Positions 1-14,000 of a stretch of DNA of 64,000 nucleotides are shown piece after piece (position 1 is the stretch's first letter; every line of letters begins with the position of its first letter). Source of the stretch: Azolla caroliniana (lineage: Eukaryota > Plantae > Polypodiophyta); NCBI GenBank assembly GCA_043228905.1, contig JBHGNT010000076.1, positions 1 through 64,000 of the forward strand, given 5' to 3'. The translations under genes and the position numbers were made by a program. The notes under the pieces were generated by a model. The model was not told the origin of the DNA. It ran no database searches and saw only the letters and a list, made by a program, of their open reading frames with translations.

Positions 1-60
1 AAATGGTCATACCTGGCTCGTGTGATATCGGATTTTTGTGTTCAAACATGCGAATCGAAG

Positions 61-1650
61 CTAACAATGCTAGATACGATATGGAATTAAAAAATCAAGA
101 TTTTGAAACTCAGGTCGAGAGACATGACGAAATTACCAAATTTGAGGAGTGAGTTGAGAAGAGCTAGTAGGTAAATTAAAATGTTCATACCTAGCTCGTG
201 TGATATCGGATTTTTGTGTTCAAACATGCGAAACGAAGGTAACAATTCTAGATACAATATGGAATTAAAAAATCAAGATTTTGAAACTCAGGTCGAGAGA
301 CATGACGAAATTGCCAAATTTGAGGAGTGAGTTGAGAAGAGCTAGTAGGTAAATTAAAATGTTCATACTTGGGTCGTGTGATATCAGATTTTTGTGTTCA
401 AACATGCAATTCGAAGCTAACAACGCTAGCTATGATATGGAATTAAAAAATCAAGATTTTGAAACTCAGGTCGAGGGACATGACGAAATTACCAAATTTG
501 AGGAGTGAGTTGAGAAGAGCTAGTAGGTAAATTAAAATGTTCATACCTGGCTCGTGTGATATCGGATTTTTGTGTTCAAACATGCGAAACGAAGGCAACA
601 ATGCTAGATACGATATGGAATTAAAAAATCAAGATTTTGAAACTCAGGTCGAGAGACATGACGAAATTAGCAAATTTGAGTAGTGAGTTGAGGGGAGCCC
701 TTGAGTAAATGAAAATGTTCATACCTGGCTCGTGTGATATCAGATTTTTGTGTTCAAACATGCGATTCGAAGCTAACAACGCTAGCTATGATATGGAATT
801 AAAAAATCAAGATTTTGAAACTCAGGTCGAGAGACATGACGAAATTACCAAATTTGAGGAGTGAGTTGAGAAGAGCTAGTAGGTAAATGAAAATGTTCAT
901 ACCTGGCTCGTGTGATATCGGATTTTTGTGTTCAAACATGCGATTCGAAGCTAACAACGCTAGCTATGATATGGAATTAAAAAATCAAGATTTTGAAACT
1001 CAGGTCGAGAGACATGACGAGATTACCAAATTTGAGGAGTGAGTTGAGAAGAGCTAGTAGGTAAATTAAAATGGTCATACCTGGCTCGTGTGATATCGGA
1101 TTTTTGTGTTCAAACATGCGAAACGAAGGTAACAATGCTAGATACGATATGGAATTAAAAAATCAAGATTTTGAAACTCAGGTCGAGAGACATGACGAAA
1201 TTACCAAATTTGAGGAGTGAGTTGAGAAGAGCTAGTAGGTAAATTAAAATGTTCATACCTAGCTCGTGTGATATCGGATTTTTGTGTTCAAACATGCGAA
1301 ACGAAGGTAACAATTCTAGATACGATATGGAATTAAAAAATCAAGATTTTGAAACTCAGGTCGAGAGACATGACGAAATTGCCAAATTTGAGGAGTGAGT
1401 TGAGAAGAGCTAGTAGGTAAATTAAAATGTTCATACTTGGGTCGTGTGATATCAGATTTTTGTGTTCAAACATGCAATTCGAAGCTAACAACGCTAGCTA
1501 TGATATGGAATTAAAAAATCAAGATTTTGAAACTCAGGTCGAGGGACATGACGAAATTACCAAATTTGAGGAGTGAGTTGAGAAGAGCTAGTAGGTAAAT
1601 TAAAATGTTCATACCTGGCTCGTGTGATATCGGATTTTTGTGTTCAAACA
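61..1650 (+). repeat. Local block duplication, 6-monomer offset (1068 bp)
   Basis: Rare markers AACAATTCTAG (241/1309), ATTGCCAAA (~310/~1378), CATGCAATTC (~403/1471) and GAGGGACA recur 1068 bp apart. Boundaries approximate. Confidence 0.85.
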
Positions 1651-4549
1651 TGCGAAACGAAGCTAACAACGCTAGTTATGATATGAAATTAAAAGATCAA
1701 GATTTTGAAACTCAGGTCGAGAGACATGACGAAATTACCAAATTTGAGGAGTGAGTTGAGAGGAGCCCTTGAGTAAATGAAAATGTTCATACCTGGCTCG
1801 TGTGATATCAGATTTTTGTGTTGAAACATGCGATTCGAAGCTAACAACGCTAGCTATGATATGGAATTAAAAAATCAAGATTTTGAAACTCAGGTCGAGA
1901 GACATGACGAAATTACCAAATTTGAGGAGTGAGTTGAGAAGAGCTAGTAGGTAAATGAAAATGTTCATACCTAGCTCGTGTGATATCGGATTTTTGTGTT
2001 CAAACATGCGAAACGAAGCTAACAATGCTAGATACGATATGGAATTAAAAAATCAAGATTTTGAAACTCAGGTCGAGAGACATGACGAAATTACCAAATT
2101 TGAGGAGTGAGTTGAGAAGAGCTACTAGGTAAATTAAAATGTTCATACTTGGGTCGTGTGATATCAGATTTCTGTGTTCAAACATGCGATTCGAAGCTAA
2201 CAACGCTAGCTATGATATGGAATTAAAAAATCAAGATTTTGAAACTCAGGTCGAGAGACATGACGAAATTAGCAAATTTGAGTAGTGAGTTGAGGGGAGC
2301 CCTTGAGTAAATGAAAATGTTCATACCTGGCTTGTGTGATATCGGATTTTTGTGTTCAAACATGGGAATCGAAGCTAACAATGCTAGCTATGATATGGAA
2401 TTAAAAAATTAAGATTTTCAAACTCAGGTCGAGAGACATGACGAAATTACCAAATTTGAGGAGTGAGTTGAGAAGAGCTAGTAGGTAAATGAAAATGTTC
2501 ATACATAGCTCGTGTGATATCGGATTTTTGTGTTCAAACATGCGAAACGAAGCTAACAATGCTAGATACGATATGGAATTAAAAAATCAAGATTTTGAAA
2601 CTCAGGTCGAGAGACATGACGAAATTAGCAAATTTGAGGAGTGAGTTGAGAAGAGCTAGTAGGTAAATTAAAATGTTCATACTTGGGTCGTGTGATATCA
2701 GATTTTTGTGTTCAAACATGCGATTCGAAGCTAACAACGCTAGCTATGATATGGAATTAAAAAATCAAGATTTTGAATCTCAGGTCGAGAGACATGACGA
2801 AATTACCAAATTTGAGGAGTGATTTGAGAAGAGCTAGTAGGTAAATGAAAATGTTCATACCTAGCTCGTGTGATATCGGATTTTTGTGTTCAAACATGCG
2901 AATTGAAGCTAACAACGCTAGCTATGATATGGAATTAAAAAGTGAAGATTTTGAAACTCAGGTCGAGAGACATGACGAAATTAGCAAATTTGAGGAGTGA
3001 GTTGAGAAGAGCCCTTGAGTAAATGAAACTGTTCATACTTGGTTCGTGTGATATCGGATTTTTGTGTTCAAACATGCGATTCGAAGCTAACAACGCTAGC
3101 TATGATATGGAATTAAAAAATCAAGATTTTGAAACTCAGGTCGAGAGACATGACGAAATTACCAAATTTGAGTAGTGAGTTGAAAAGAGCTAGTAGGTAA
3201 ATTAAAATGTTCATACCTGGCTCGTGTGATATCGGATTTTTGTGTTCAAACATGCGAAACGAAGCTAACAACGCTAGCTATGATATGAGATTAAAAGATC
3301 AAGATTTTGAAACTCAGGTCGAGAGACATGACGAAATTACCAAATTTGGGTAGTGAGTTGAGAGGAGCCCTTGAGTAAATGAAAATGTTCATACCTGGCT
3401 CGTGTGATATCGGATTTTTGTGTTCAAACATGCGAAACGAAGCTAACATCGCTAGCTATGATATGAAATTAAAAAGTCAAGATTTTGAAACTCAGGTCGA
3501 GAGACATGACGAAATTAGCAAATTTGAGGAGTGAGTTGAGAAGAGCCCTTGAGTAAATGAAACTGTTCATACCTGGCTCGTGTGGTATCGGATTTTTGTG
3601 TTCAAACATGCGAAACGAAGCTAACATCGCTAGCTATGATATGAAATTAAAAGATCAAGATTTTGAAACTCAGGTCGAGAGACATGACGAAATTACCAAA
3701 TTTGAGTAGTGAGTTGAGAGGAGCCCTTGAGTAAATGAAAATGTTCATACCTGGCTCGTGTGATATCAGATTTTTGTGTTCAAACATGCGATTCGAAGCT
3801 AACAACGCTAGCTATGATATGGAATTAAAAAATCAAGATTTTGAAACTCAGGTCGAGAGACATGACGAAATTACCAAATTTGAGGAGTGAGTTGAGAGGA
3901 GCCCTTGAGTAAATGAAAATGTTCATACCTGGCTCGTGTGATATCGGATTTTTGTGTTCAAACATGCGATTCGAAGCTAACAATGCTAGATACGATATGG
4001 AATTAAAAAATCAAGATTTTGAAACTCAGGTCGAGAGACATGACGAAATTACCAAATTTGAGGAGTGAGTTGAGAAGAGCTAGTAGGTAAATTAAAATGT
4101 TCATACTTGGGTCGTGTGATATCAGATTTTTGTGTTCAAACATGCGATTCGAAGCTAACAACGCTAGCTATGATATGGAATTAAAAAATCAAGATTTTGA
4201 ATCTCAGGTCGAGAGACATGACGAAATTACCAAATTTGAGTAGTGATTTGAGAAGAGCTAGTAGGTAAATGAAAATGTTCATACCTAGCTCGTGTGATAT
4301 CGGATTTTTGTGTTCAAACATGCGAATTGAAGCTAACAACGCTAGCTATGATATGGAATTAAAAAGTGAAGATTTTGAAACTCAGGTCGAGAGACATGAC
4401 GAAATTAGCAAATTTGAGGAGTGAGTTGAGAAGAGCCCTTGAGTAAATGAAACTGTTCATACTTGGTTCGTGTGATATCGGATTTTTGTGTTCAAACATG
4501 CGATTCGAAGCTAACAACGCTAGCTATGATATGGAATTAAAAAATCAAG

Positions 4550-7500
4550 ATTTTGAAACTCAGGTCGAGAGACATGACGAAATTAGCAAATTTGAGGAGT
4601 GAGTTGAGAAGAGCCCTTGAGTAAATGAAACTGTTCATACCTGGCTCGTGTGATATCGGATTTTTGTGTTCAAACATGCGAAACGAAGCTAACATCGCTA
4701 GCTATGATATGAAATTAAAAGATCAAGATTTTGAAACTCAGGTCGAGAGACATGACGAAATTACCAAATTTGAGTAGTGAGTTGAGAGGAGCCCTTGAGT
4801 AAATGAAAATGTTCATACCTGGCTCGTGTGATATCAGATTTTTGTGTTCAAACATGCGATTCGAAGCTAACAACGCTAGCTATGATATGGAATTAAAAAA
4901 TCAAGATTTTGAAACTCAGGTCGAGAGACATGACGAAATTACCAAATTTGAGGAGTGAGTTGAGAGGAGCCCTTGAGTAAATGAAAATGTTCATACCTGG
5001 CTCGTGTGATATCGGATTTTTGTGTTCAAACATGCGATTCGAAGCTAACAATGCTAGATACGATATGGAATTAAAAAATCAAGATTTTGAAACTCAGGTC
5101 GAGACACATGACGAAATTACCAAATTTGAGGAGTGAGTTGAGAAGAGCTAGTAGGTAAATTAAAATGTTCATACTTGGGTCGTGTGATATCAGATTTTTG
5201 TGTTCAAACATGCGATTCGAAGCTAACAACGCTAGCTATGATATGGAATTAAAAAATCAAGATTTTGAATCTCAGGTCGAGAGACATGACGAAATTACCA
5301 AATTTGAGTAGTGAGTTGAGAGGAGCCCTTGAGTAAATGAAAATGTTCATACCTGGCTCGTGTGATATCGGATTTTTGTGTTCAAACATGCGAATCGAAG
5401 CTAACAATGCTAGCTATGAGATAGAATTAAAAAATCAAGATTTTGAAACTCAGGTCGAGAAACATGACGAAATTAGCAAATTTGAGTAGTGAGATGAGGG
5501 GAGCCCTTGAGTAAATGAAAATGTTCATACCTGGCTCGTGTGATATCGGATTTTTGTGTTCAAACATGGGAATTGAAGCTAACAACGCTAGCTATGAGAT
5601 AGAATTAAAAAGTCAAGATTTTGAAACTCAGGTCGAGAGACATGACGAAATTAGCAAATTTGAGTAGTGAGTTGAGGGGAGCCCTTGAGTAAATGAAAAT
5701 GTTCATACCTGGCTCGTGTGATATCGGATTTTTGTGTTCAAACATGCGATTCGAAGCTAACAACGCTAGCTATGATATGGAATTAAAAAATCAAGATTTT
5801 GAAACTCAGGTCGATAGACATGACGAAATTATCAAATTTGAGTAGTGAGTTGAGAGGAGCCCTTGAGTAAATGAAAATGTTCATACCTGGCTCGTGTGAT
5901 ATCGGATTTTTGTGTTCAAACATGCGATTCGAAGCTAACAACGCTAGCTATGATATGGAATTAAAAAATCAAGATTTTGAAACTCAGGTCGAGAGACATG
6001 ACGATATTACAAAATTTGAGGAGTGAGTTGAGAAGAGCTAGTAGGTAAATTAAAATGGTCATACCTGGCTCGTGTGATATCGGATTTTTGTGTTCAAACA
6101 TGCGAAATGAAGCTAACAATGCTAGATACGATATGGAACTAAAAAATAAAGATTTTGAAACTCAGGTCGAGAGACATGACGAAATTACCAAATTTGAGGA
6201 GTGAGTTGAGAAGAGCTAGTAGGTAAATTAAAATGTTCCTACTTGGTTCGTGTGATATCGGATTTTTGTGTTCAAACATGCGATTCGAAGCTAACAACGC
6301 TAGCTATGATATGGAATTAAAAAATCAAGATTTTGAAACTCAGATCGAGAGGCATGACGAAATTAGCAAACATGAGTAGTGAGTTGAGAGGAGCCCTTGG
6401 GTAAATGAAAATGTTTATACCTGGCTGGTGTGATATCGGATTTTTGTGTTCAAACATGCGAAACGAAGCTAACATCGCTAGCTATGATATGGAATTAAAA
6501 AGTCAAGATTTTAAAACTCAGGTCGAGAGACATGACAAAATTAGCAAATTTGAGGAGTGAGTTGAGAAGAGCCCTTGAGTAAATGAAACTGTTCATACCT
6601 GGCTCGTGTGATATCGGATTTTTGTGTTCAAACATGCGAAACGAAGCTAACATCGCTAGCTATGATATGAAATTAAAAGATCAAGATTTTGAAACTCAGG
6701 TCGAGAGACATGACGAATTTACCAAATTTGAGTAGTGAGTTGAGAGGAGCCCTTGAGTAAATGAAAATGTTCATACCTGGCTCGTGTGATATCGGATTTT
6801 TGTGTTCAAACATGCGATTCGAAGCTAACAACGCTAGCTATGATATGGAATTAAAAAATCAAGATTTTGAATCTCAGGTCGAGAGACATGACGAAATTAC
6901 CAAATTTGAGGAGTGAGTTGAGAAGAGCTAGTAGGTAAATGAAAATGTTCATACCTAGCTCGTGTGATATCGGATTTTTGTGTTCAAACATGCGAAACGA
7001 AGCTAACAATGCTAGATACGATATGGAATTAAAAAATCAAGATTTTGAAACTCAGGTCGAGAGACATGACGAAATTAGCAAATTTGAGGAGTGAGTTGAG
7101 AAGAGCTAGTAGGTAAATTAAAATGTTCATACTTGGGTCGTGTGATATCAGATTTTTGTGTTCAAACATGCGATTCGAAGCTAACAACGCTAGCTATGAT
7201 ATGGAATTAAAAAATCAAGATTTTGAATCTCAGGTCGAGAGACATGACGAAATTACCAAATTTGAGTAGTGAGTTGAGAGGAGCCCTTGAGTAAATGAAA
7301 ATGTTCATACCTGGCTCGTGTGATATCGGATTTTTGTGTTCAAACATGCGAATCGAAGCTAACAATGCTAGCTATGAGATAGAATTAAAAAATCAAGATT
7401 TTGAAACTCAGGTCGAGAGACATGACGAAATTAGCAAAGTTGAGTAGTGAGTTGAGAGGAGCCCTTGAGTAAATGAAAATGTTCATACCTGGCTCGTGTG

Positions 7501-10500
7501 ATATCGGATTTTTGTGTTCAAACATGCGAAACGAAGCTAACAATGCTAGATACGATATGGAATTAAAAAATCAAGATTTTGAAACTCAGGTCGAGAGACA
7601 TGACGAAATTACCAAATTTGAGGAGTGAGTTGAGAAGAGCTAGTAGGTAAATTAAAATGTTCCTACTTGGTTCGTGTGATATCGGATTTTTGTGTTCAAA
7701 CATGCGATTCGAAGCTATCAACGCTAGCTATGATATGGAATTAAAAAATCAAGATTTTGAATCTCAGGTCGAGAGACATGACGAAATTACCAAATTTGAG
7801 TAGTGAGTTGAGAGGAGCCCTTGAGTAAATGAAAATGTTCATACCTGGCTCGTGTGATATCGGATTTTTGTGTTCAAACATGCGAATCGAAGCTAACAAC
7901 GCTAGCTATGATATAGAATTAAAAAATCAAGATTTTGAAACTCAGATCGAGAGACATGACGAAATTAGCAAATTTGAGGAGTGAGTTGAGAAGAGCCCTT
8001 GAGTAAATGAAACTGTTCATACCTGGCTGGTGTGATATCGTATTTTTGTGTTCAAACATGCGAAACGAAGCTAACATCGCTAGCTATGATATGGAATTAA
8101 AAAGTCAAGATTTTGAAACTCAGGTCGAGAGACATGACAAAATTACCAAATTTGAGTAGTGAGTTGAGAGGAGCCCTTGAGTAAATGAAAATGTTCATAC
8201 CTGGCTCGTGTGATATCAGATTTTTGTGTTCAAACATGCGATTCGAAGCTAACAACGCTAGCTATGATATGGAATTAAAAAATCAAGATTTTGAAACTCA
8301 GGTCGAGAGACATGACGAAATTACCAAATTTGAGGAGTGAGTTGAGAGGAGCCCTTGAGTAAATGAAAATGTTCATACCTGGCTCGTGTGATATCGGATT
8401 TTTGTGTTCAAACATGCGATTCGAAGCTAACAATGCTAGATACGATATGGAATTAAAAAATCAAGATTTTGAAACTCAGGTCGAGAGACATGACGAAATT
8501 ACCAAATTTGAGGAGTGAGTTGAGAAGAGCTAGTAGGTAAATTAAAATGTTCATACTTGGGTCGTGTGATATCAGATTTTTGTGTTCAAACATGCGATTC
8601 GAAGCTAACAACGCTAGCTATGATATGGAATTAAAAAATCAAGATTTTGAATCTCAGGTCGAGAGACATGACGAAATTACCAAATTTGAGTAGTGAGTTG
8701 AGAGGAGCCCTTGAGTAAATGAAAATGTTCATACCTGGCTCGTGTGATATCGGATTTTTGTGTTCAAACATGCGAATCGAAGCTAACAATGCTAGCTATG
8801 AGATAGAATTAAAAAATCAAGATTTTGAAACTCAGGTCGAGAAACATGACGAAATTAGCAAATTTGAGTAGTGAGATGAGGGGAGCCCTTGAGTAAATGA
8901 AAATGTTCATACCTGGCTCGTGTGATATCGGATTTTTGTGTTCAAACATGCGAAACGAAGCTAACAATGCTAGATACGATATGGAATTAAAAAATCAAGA
9001 TTTTGAAACTCAGGTCGAGAGACATGACGAAATTACCAAATTTGAGTAGTGAGTTGAAAAGAGCTAGTAGGTAAATTAAAATGTTCATACCTGGCTCGTG
9101 TGATATCGGATTTTTGTGTTCAAACATGCGAAACGAAGCTAACAACGCTAGCTATGATATGAGATTAAAAGATCAAGATTTTGAAACTCAGGTCGAGAGA
9201 CATGACGAAATTACCAAATTTGAGTAGTGAGTTGAGAGGAGCCCTTGAGTAAATGAAAATGTTCATACCTGGCTCGTGTGATATCGGATTTTTGTGTTCA
9301 AACATGCGAAACGAAGCTAACATCGCTAGCTATGATATGAAATTAAAAAGTCAAGATTTTGAAACTCAGGTCGAGAGACATGACGAAATTAGCAAATTTG
9401 AGGAGTGAGTTGAGAAGAGCCCTTGAGTAAATGAAACTGTTCATACCTGGCTCGTGTGATATCGGATTTTTGTGTTCAAACATGCGAAACGAAGCTAACA
9501 TCGCTAGCTATGATATGAAATTAAAAGATCAAGATTTTGAAACTCAGGTCGAGAGTCATGACGAAATTACCAAATTTGAGTAGTGAGTTGAGAGGAGCCC
9601 TTGAGTAAATGAAAATGTTCATACCTGGCTCGTGTGATATCAGATTTTTGTGTTCAAACATGCGATTCGAAGCTAACAACGCTAGCTATGATATGGAATT
9701 AAAAAATCAAGATTTTGAAACTCAGGTCGAGAGACATGACGAAATTACCAAATTTGAGGAGTGAGTTGAGAGGAGCCCTTGAGTAAATGAAAATGTTCAT
9801 ACCTGGCTCGTGTGATATCGGATTTTTGTGTTCAAACATGCGATTCGAAGCTAACAATGCTAGATACGATATGGAATTAAAAAATCAAGATTTTGAAACT
9901 CAGGTCGAGAGACATGACGAAATTACCAAATTTGAGGAGTGAGTTGAGAAGAGCTAGTAGGTAAATTAAAATGTTCATACTTGGGTCGTGTGATATCAGA
10001 TTTTTGTGTTCAAACATGCGATTCGAAGCTAACAACGCTAGCTATGATATGGAATTAAAAAATCAAGATTTTGAATCTCAGGTCGAGAGACATGACGAAA
10101 TTACCAAATTTGAGTAGTGAGTTGAGAGGAGCCCTTGAGTAAATGAAAATGTTCATACCTGGCTCGTGTGATATCGGATTTTTGTGTTCAAACATGCGAA
10201 TCGAAGCTAACAATGCTAGCTATGAGATAGAATTAAAAAATCAAGATTTTGAAACTCAGGTCGAGAAACATGACGAAATTAGCAAATTTGAGTAGTGAGA
10301 TGAGGGGAGCCCTTGAGTAAATGAAAATGTTCATACCTGGCTCGTGTGATATCGGATTTTTGTGTTCAAACATGGGAATTGAAGCTAACAACGCTAGCTA
10401 TGAGATAGAATTAAAAAGTCAAGATTTTGAAACTCAGGTCGAGAGACATGACGAAATTAGCAAATTTGAGTAGTGAGTTGAGGGGAGCCCTTGAGTAAAT

Positions 10501-11089
10501 GAAAATGTTCATACCTGGCTCGTGTGATATCGGATTTTTGTGTTCAAACATGCGATTCGAAGCTAACAACGCTAGCTATGATATGGAATTAAAAAATCAA
10601 GATTTTGAAACTCAGGTCGATAGACATGACGAAATTATCAAATTTGAGTAGTGAGTTGAGAGGAGCCCTTGAGTAAATGAAAATGTTCATACCTGGCTCG
10701 TGTGATATCGGATTTTTGTGTTCAAACATGCGATTCGAAGCTAACAACGCTAGCTATGATATGGAATTAAAAAATCAAGATTTTGAAACTCAGGTCGAGA
10801 GACATGACGATATTACAAAATTTGAGGAGTGAGTTGAGAAGAGCTAGTAGGTAAATTAAAATGGTCATACCTGGCTCGTGTGATATCGGATTTTTGTGTT
10901 CAAACATGCGAAATGAAGCTAACAATGCTAGATACGATATGGAACTAAAAAATAAAGATTTTGAAACTCAGGTCGAGAGACATGACGAAATTACCAAATT
11001 TGAGGAGTGAGTTGAGAAGAGCTAGTAGGTAAATTAAAATGTTCCTACTTGGTTCGTGTGATATCGGATTTTTGTGTTCAAACATGCGA
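4550..11089 (+). repeat. Dispersed in-register duplication of ~10 monomers (~4550-6283 and ~9356-11089), offset 27 monomers (4806 bp)
   Basis: Shared rare variants GTCGATAGAC (5815/10621), GATATTACAAAA (6003/10809), GGAACTAAAAAATAAAG and GTTCCTAC. A third partial copy is at 14191 (+19 monomers). Confidence 0.85.
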
Positions 11090-14000
11090 AACGAAGCTAA
11101 CAACGCTAGCTATGATATGAGATTAAAAGATCAAGATTTTGAAACTCAGGTCGAGAGACATGACGAAATTACCAAATTTGAGTAGTGAGTTGAGAGGAGC
11201 CCTTGAGTAAATGAAAATGTTCATACCTGGCTCGTGTGATATCGGATTTTTGTGTTCAAACATGCGAAACGAAGCTAACATCGCTAGCTATGATATGAAA
11301 TTAAAAAGTCAAGATTTTGAAACTCAGGTCGAGAGACATGACGAAATTAGCAAATTTGAGGAGTGAGTTGAGAAGAGCCCTTGAGTAAATGAAACTGTTC
11401 ATACCTGGCTCGTGTGATATCGGATTTTTGTGTTCAAACATGCGAAACGAAGCTAACATCGCTAGCTATGATATGAAATTAAAAGATCAAGATTTTGAAA
11501 CTCAGGTCGAGAGACATGACGAAATTACCAAATTTGAGTAGTGAGTTGAGAGGAGCCCTTGAGTAAATGAAAATGTTCATACCTGGCTCGTGTGATATCA
11601 GATTTTTGTGTTCAAACATGCGATTCGAAGCTAACAACGCTAGCTATGATATGGAATTAAAAAATCAAGATTTTGAAACTCAGGTCGAGAGACATGACGA
11701 AATTACCAAATTTGAGGAGTGAGTTGAGAGGAGCCCTTGAGTAAATGAAAATGTTCATACCTGGCTCGTGTGATATCGGATTTTTGTGTTCAAACATGCG
11801 ATTCGAAGCTAACAATGCTAGCTATGATATGGAATTAAAAAATCAAGATTTTGAAACTCAGGTCCAGAGACATGACGAAATTACCAAATTTGAGGAGTGA
11901 GTTGAGAAGAGCTAGTAGGTAAATGAAAATGTTCATACCTAGCTCGTGTGATATCGGATTTTTGTGTTCAAACATGCGAAACGAAGCTAACAATGCTAGA
12001 TACGATATGGAATTAAAAAATCAAGATTTTGAAACTCAGGTCGAGAGACATGACGAAATTAGCAAATTTGAGGAGTGAGTTGAGAAGAGCTAGTAGGTAA
12101 ATTAAAATGTTCATACTTGGGTCGTGTGATATCAGATTTTTGTGTTCAAACATGCGATTCGAAGCTAACAACGCTAGCTATGATATGGAATTAAAAAATC
12201 AAGATTTTGAATCTCAGGTCGAGAGACATGACGAAATTACCAAATTTGAGTAGTGAGTTGAGAAGAGCTAGTAGGTAAATTAAAATGTTCATACCTGGCT
12301 CGTGTGATATCGGATTTTTGTGTTCAAACATGCCAATCGAAGCTAACAACGCTAGCTATGATATAGAAGTAAAAAATCAAGATTTTGAAATTCAGGTCGA
12401 GAGACATGACGAAATTAGCAAATTGGAGGAGTGAGATGAGAGGAGCCCTTGAGTAAATGAAAATGTTCATACCTGGCTCGTGTGATATCGGATTTTTGTG
12501 TTGAAACATGCGAATCGAAGCTAACAATGCTAGCTATGAGATAGAATTAAAAAATCAAGATTTTGAAACTCAGGTCGAGAGACATGACGAAATTAGCAAA
12601 TTTGAGTAGTGAGTTCAGGGGAGCCCTTGAGTCAATGAAAATGTTCATACCTGGCTCGTGTGATATCGGATTTTTGTGTTCAAACATGCGATTCGAAGCT
12701 AACAACGCTAGCTATGATATGGAATTAAAAAATCAAGATTTTGAAACTCAGGTCGAGAGACATGACGAAATTAGCAAATTTGAGGAGTGAGTTGAGAAGA
12801 GCTAGTAGATAAATTAAAATGTTCATACCTGGCTCGTGTGATATCGGATTTTTGTGTTCAAACATGCGAAACGAAGCTAACAATGCTAGATACGATATGG
12901 AATTAAAAAATCAAGATTTTGAAACTCAGGTCGAGAGACATGACGAAATTACCAAATTTGAGGAGTGAGTTGAGAAGAGCTAGTAGGTAAATTAAAATGT
13001 TCCTACTTGGTTCGTGTGATATCGGATTTTTGTGTTCAAACATGCGATTCGAAGCTATCAACGCTAGCTATGATATGGAATTAAAAAATCAAGATTTTGA
13101 ATCTCAGGTCGAGAGACATGACGAAATTACCAAATTTGAGTAGTGAGTTGAGAGGAGCCCTTGAGTAAATGAAAATGTTCATACCTGGCTCGTGTGATAT
13201 CGGATTTTTGTGTTCAAACATGCGAATCGAAGCTAACAACGCTAGCTATGATATAGAATTAAAAAATCAAGATTTTGAAACTCAGATCGAGAGGCATGAC
13301 GAAATTAGCAAACATGAGTAGTGAGTTGACAGGAGCCCTTGAGTAAATGAAAATGTTTATACCTGGCTGGTGTGATATCGGATTTTTGTGTTCAAACATG
13401 CGAAATGAAGCTAACATCGCTAGCTATGATATGGAATTAAAAACTCAAGATTTTGAAACTCAGGTCGAGAGACATGACAAAATTAGCAAATTTGAGGAGT
13501 GAGTTGAGAAGAGCCCTTGAGTAAATGAAACTGTTCATACCTGGCTCGTGTGATATCGGATTTTTGTGTTCAAACATGCGAAACGAAGCTAACATCGCTA
13601 GCTATGATATGAAATTAAAAGATCAAGATTTTGAAACTCAGGTCGAGAGACATGACGAAATTACTAAATTTGAGTAGTGAGTTGAGAGGAGCCCTTGAGT
13701 AAATGAAAATGTTCATACCTGGCTCGTGTGATATCGGATTTTTGTGTTCAAACATGCGATTCGAAGTTAACAATGCTAGCTATGATATGGAATTAAAAAA
13801 TCAAGATTTTGAAACTCAGGTCCAGAGACATGACGAAATTACCAAATTTGAGGAGTGAGTTGAGAAGAGCTAGTAGGTAAATGAAAATGTTCATACCTAG
13901 TTCGTGTGATATCGGATTTTTGTGTTCAAACATGCGAAACGAAGCTAACAATGCTAGATACGATATGGAATTAAAAAATCAAGATTTTGAAACTCAGGTC

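Noticed and set aside
1-178. Monomer as a 2x89-bp ancestral dimer
   Set aside because: AATTAAAA aligns at offset 89 and GCTAG/ACATG/GATTTT occur twice, but at inconsistent offsets (94, 76, 68). Ungapped identity of the halves looked near background for AT-rich DNA.
1-178. Assignment to Arabidopsis CEN178, or a CENP-B box
   Set aside because: Only the length matches. The sequence does not resemble CEN178 as I recall it, and I found no canonical TTCG-N4-A-N2-CGGG motif in the consensus. A database search is needed for any name.
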